From NCBI GenBank assembly GCA_050287085.1, contig JBNKBE010000035.1, positions 1-39,528 on the forward strand: 39,528 bases of DNA, read 5' to 3'. The notes under the pieces were generated by a model. It ran no database searches. It was not told where the DNA came from and worked only from the letters and a program-made list of their open reading frames with translations. The DNA comes from Polyangiaceae bacterium. GTDB lineage: Bacteria > Myxococcota_A > Polyangia > Polyangiales > Polyangiaceae. Shown piece by piece: positions 35,598-39,528 of this stretch (positions are counted from its first letter, which is position 1; each line of letters begins with the position of its first letter). Position numbers and translations under genes: made by a program.

Positions 35598-36749
35598 TCA
35601 GAAGCGCCAGATGACTACCTGCTCGCCTTCCTGGCCCAGAACATAGGCTTCGCCGGTTTCACTCACGGCGAGCCACTGCTGTGTTTGCCAGTCTGTCCCC
35701 ACCCGGGCTTGGGGAAGCACGTGACGACGGTCGAGACCGAGCGTGGCGTTGAAGACGTGGAGGTCCTGCCCCTGTCTGCCCGCCGCGACATAGCGACGCC
35801 CAAAGTAGATCTGCCCTCGCCCGTCGACGTGAACCTCAGCGCTGATCGTGCGCTCCCCCGGCAGCGTATGGCTCGTCTGGGTTGGAGGCTCACCCAATCC
35901 AGAATCGAGACGCTCTAGCACGAGGTGCAGCCCGGCCTCGTCCGTCGTTCGCGCGTTGCGCCGCGTGTGTACACTCCAGGGCGGGGCCCACCGGGCAAGC
36001 TCCGCTTTCTCCAACACGTCTCCCCGGGCATCGAGAAGGCGGTGGCCTTCGACCCCGGCACTCGTCCACTTGCCCATCCAGACGCCATCGGGGCGTGCGT
36101 CCAAGAACTCGGGGAACTGCAGACCATCCGCTTCCGTGAGCGCGCGGAGCGGGCGCGATTCACCCTGCTGGTCCAGTGTGAGCAGGCTCCGTCCCGCATG
36201 GTCGTACAGAATGAACTCTCCTCCACTCAACGGGGCAAAAAGGGTCACCGTGCTCGACGGGATGCGCAGCGACCGCTGCACCTTGCCGTGCGCATACAGT
36301 TGGAGCCTTTTGTTGTTGGCGTCGAGGACCCAGACCTCCCCGGACGTTCCCGCGACTAGGGCAGGGGGACCGTACCAGTCGGACTGGTCCATGTAGTACA
36401 CACCCAGCTGGTCGGGACCGCTGCCATAGCGAGCAGAGGCGACGGCCGTCCCAGGTGATGCACAACGTTCACCCACCAGAAACTGGGGCGCGGGACATGC
36501 GGGCTTGGCGGGCGGCGGCGTAGCCCGGTCCGCGTTGCTGACGGCTTCAGCAGTCGTGCTCGCGACAGTGGGCGCGGCAGCCGTCGACGAGGGGCTGGCG
36601 CTGGCCTGGGCCGATGGCGCTCGTGTCTCAACGGGCGCGGACGTAGGATCCGTAGCTGTATCCGAGGGCTGCCGACTGGGCGACGTGCAGGCGCCCGCGC
36701 AAATCAGCGCCAACGGTGACCATCGCACGAAGCTGCATGAGGCCCTCAT
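35598..36749 (-). CDS. Lipoprotein with NHL-like beta-propeller, paralog of 32012-33055
   Basis: CAGAC lipobox; GSGPDQLG...GEVWVLDANNKRLQLY; RPDGVW; V.ETGEAYVL. Confidence 0.75.
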   Translation of the reverse strand: MRASCSFVRWSPLALICAGACTSPSRQPSDTATDPTSAPVETRAPSAQASASPSSTAAAPTVASTTAEAVSNADRATPPPAKPACPAPQFLVGERCASPGTAVASARYGSGPDQLGVYYMDQSDWYGPPALVAGTSGEVWVLDANNKRLQLYAHGKVQRSLRIPSSTVTLFAPLSGGEFILYDHAGRSLLTLDQQGESRPLRALTEADGLQFPEFLDARPDGVWMGKWTSAGVEGHRLLDARGDVLEKAELARWAPPWSVHTRRNARTTDEAGLHLVLERLDSGLGEPPTQTSHTLPGERTISAEVHVDGRGQIYFGRRYVAAGRQGQDLHVFNATLGLDRRHVLPQARVGTDWQTQQWLAVSETGEAYVLGQEGEQVVIWRF

Positions 36750-37399
36750 GGTAAAGGGGACGATGCCACTGGTTGAGCCTCGGGACAATGACTTGCTGCT
36801 TAGAGTCGGACGAGCTCGACAACAGCGTGCAGGGTCGGGCGACGCGCGCCGAACCGCGCGGGGCGAGTCTAGAACGCGCGCTCGGACTTCGAGGAGCCGC
36901 GGATGACGTTAGCGTTTGGACGGTGACCGTGAATGTGCCGTTGGCATTCGTGTTGCCCTCTCGAGTGCTGCCCTCGATGCGGCAGTCCGATGCGATGGGC
37001 CGAGGTTGCGAAGACGACGAGGGTGGCGTTCGGCTTGATGGCGAAGCTCGGTCTCGCCCCCCATCCACCACCCGCCGCACCAGGGACCCCCGCTCGGTCA
37101 GCTGAGCTTGCAGTTCGGGAACTAAACGGCGCTCTCGCTGAGGCTGACTTGCCCCTGGAGATGTTCGAGGGGGTGCGCTGGTCCATCCTGTTGGGTGCTT
37201 TCGCTCGCGAGGAGGGTTCGTCGAGGAGCGATGGGGCACGCTGGTGCCCGAAACTTGCGTTACGACATCTCCAACGGCACTCCCGGCACGGGGTTCCATG
37301 TCCGCCACACGCCGTTCTTGCCAGTTCGATTGCCTTTTGCACCCACACCGTGCAGCAGGACGTGGGAGCGGATGGGGTCGAGCTTGCGCTCTGGAGCCC

Positions 37400-37595
37400 C
37401 TTGCTTGGAGCGCTTATCCCAGTCTCCTCGGAGCTCGAAGTTGCTGGTGGCCAAGGTGGCGGTCACCAGCTCGAACACGGTCAGCGAGACGCGGCCCGTG
37501 TTGACGTGCTCGAAGACCTGGCAGACGGCTTCCTCACGCGTGCCGCTCAGCAGGCCGATGACGGGGACGCGGTAGAGCCGGAACGCATCCCGCAC
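37400..37595 (-). pseudogene. DUF262/GmrSD-like gene fragment
   Basis: Y.VPVI.L...EAVCQVFEHVNTG.VSLTVFELVTA....F.LR.DW. Confidence 0.7.
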
Positions 37596-37869
37596 CTAGA
37601 GTCAACCCTTTGAAAACGCTGGTCCACATCTTCGCGCGGAGGGTTGACCCTTCAGGGCCCCACGTCCCCGAAGCCTCGGCCAAACCCCAACCCCTGGACG
37701 CAGCCCGGCCCTGCGGGCTCAGCGAACGCTCTCCCATGGCCCGCAGATGACCCGGAGGTGACCTGGTGCTGCATTGCCCGGGTGACGCACAACCCGGTGT
37801 GCGGAAGCAAGGCGAGTGCCCACGGATGGACCGGGGCGAGCGCTTGGCTCGCTCTCAGGGAGAAACAGC

Positions 37870-39528
37870 ATGTTTCGTCGTATTTACGTATGCGCAGGTT
37901 TGAGTCTTACCTCGTTGGTCGGCTGCGGGGCGCCCGAGGATGGGGCCTACGAGGGCGAGATCTCGTTTGCCGAGTTGGAAGAAGCGATCAACCTGGGAAC
38001 CGTGGCCAAGCCGTGGGCCAACGGGAGTACCGAGCCCGCTTGGTCCAAAGCGGTAGTCAAGGTGGCTGGCGTTTGCACGGGTACCGTCGTGTCCCCATCT
38101 TGGGTACTCACCGCCCGGCATTGCCACATACCGGTCGGAGCTGCGGTAACCAGTACGCGGAATGGCTCGACGGTGACGCGAACGGTCGACTCCGTGGTGC
38201 CGCACACCGATCCGAGCACGGACTTTGTCATGCTGCACCTCAGCCAGACCATGCCCGACATGCCCGTCGTTCCGATCGGACTCAAGGACAGCGATGACCT
38301 AGTTAGCAAGACCGCGCGCATCTACGGCTACGGTGCGAAGTCATTTTACGGTTCGTGCACGACCAATGCCAACTGCAACACGGGTGACTGGTGCCAATGG
38401 GGCGTCTGCATGGTGCCATCCGCCGACCTGCGCCGCGCGGACCTGACCCTAGAGAAGTTCCCGCATCCTCACTTCATTCAGGCGTTTCCGAACGCGCTGG
38501 GGCAGATCGGTCTGCCGGGGGACTCTGGGGGGCCCGCTGCGGTCGATGGCGCGGTGGTCGGTGTCAGCAGCTTTGGCGGCGTGACCATGGATGCCTACGC
38601 GACCACTTCCATGGCGTGGGAGTTCGTGCTTTCGCCGTCCCGGAATCACTTCGTGACCGGTGACTTCAATGGTGATGGGAAACAAGACCAGATCATCATC
38701 AACTCGAGCGGCTCCTATTGGTACTTCTCCACCGGGCGAGGGACGTGGACCGAGAAGCACCGTCGTACTGACTTGCCCCTGGACCAGGTGAAGTACGCCG
38801 TCGGCGATTTCAATGGTGATGGCAAAGACGACATGATCGTGAGCACCCGGACGAGTGCTTCCTGGCACCAGTCGAACGGAGATGGTTCTTGGGCCGTCGT
38901 ACGGACCGAAGTAGACTCGTCCATCGAAGCTGCCAACTTCATCCCGGGCGACTTCGACGGCGACGTACCGACGATTACATTCGGCAGAACCCAACGGACA
39001 GCACGTTGTTCCTATCGAGCCGCGGACAGCGTACCTCCGTGCCAGCCTGGAAGCTCGGTGAGGCACACTTCGTGGTTGCCGACTTCGACGGTGACGGCAA
39101 AGACGACGCGATCGTCACTACCGCAGCCAAATCGGAGTTGCGCCACGGCTCTGTTACCGCCGGGAGGGGGCTGACGAGTCCAACGTGGACCCGCACCGAC
39201 CTGCCGATGGATCGCGTCGAGTTCACGCCCGGCGACTTCAACGGGGACGGCAAAGATGACCTCCTCATCGTCACCGCGGGTGGCTCCTACTGGTACTATT
39301 CGACAGGGCGCGGGACGTGGACGGAGGACTACGTTCGAACGGACCTCAAGCGCAAGCAAGTGCGGTACTACCCGGAGGACTTGAACGGAGACGGCAAAGA
39401 CGACTCGAATGAGCAACTCGTCCTGTTGCCCGATGAGCTTGCTGAGAACGAGCCCGTACTGGCACAGGTGACCTCAGCCGCCGCGTCCGGGCTGCCTCCA
39501 GCCGGACCCGAGCGTCGCGAGCGCGAGC
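37870..39528 (+). CDS. Trypsin-like (S1) serine protease with FG-GAP repeats; frameshift near 38965; runs to the window end
   Basis: LVGC lipobox; LTARHC, DFVML and GDSGGP triad motifs; GDFNGDGKDD repeats continue in another frame after 38965. Confidence 0.85.

Noticed and set aside
1..39528. Integron integrase gene
   Set aside because: No ORF with tyrosine-recombinase R...HxxR...Y motifs was recognised in the window.

Overview
High-GC bacterial accessory region. The Cys-rich lipoproteins, Gly/Ser linkers and DUF3160 suggest Myxococcota (Polyangiales-like); this is inferred. (1) 1 to ~11 kb is a decaying integron-type cassette array on the + strand, with a family of long (142-162 bp) attC sites (4 complete, several broken). 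No integrase lies in the window. Cargo: two SMI1/KNR4 immunity genes, vapBC, mazEF-like and parDE-like toxin-antitoxin (TA) modules, an orphan PIN toxin, a HEAT-like protein and an RCC1 lipoprotein, interrupted by IS4, IS1182 and IS256 remnants. (2) 11-22 kb holds a NUDIX fusion, lipoprotein and beta-propeller genes, IS3 remnants and a possible rolling-circle Rep fragment. (3) 22.1-25.8 kb is a translationally coupled operon of a divergent NH3-type NAD synthetase, a 2OG-Fe(II) oxygenase and a eukaryote-like NMN adenylyltransferase fused to a type I PRTase-like domain. This is the best candidate for an undescribed system. (4) 26-39.5 kb holds a methyltransferase, DUF4112, DUF3160, a multidomain NlpC/P60 protein flanked by two paralogous lipoproteins, a DUF262 remnant and a frameshifted trypsin/FG-GAP protease. 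All family calls come from motif recognition by eye; no searches were run.
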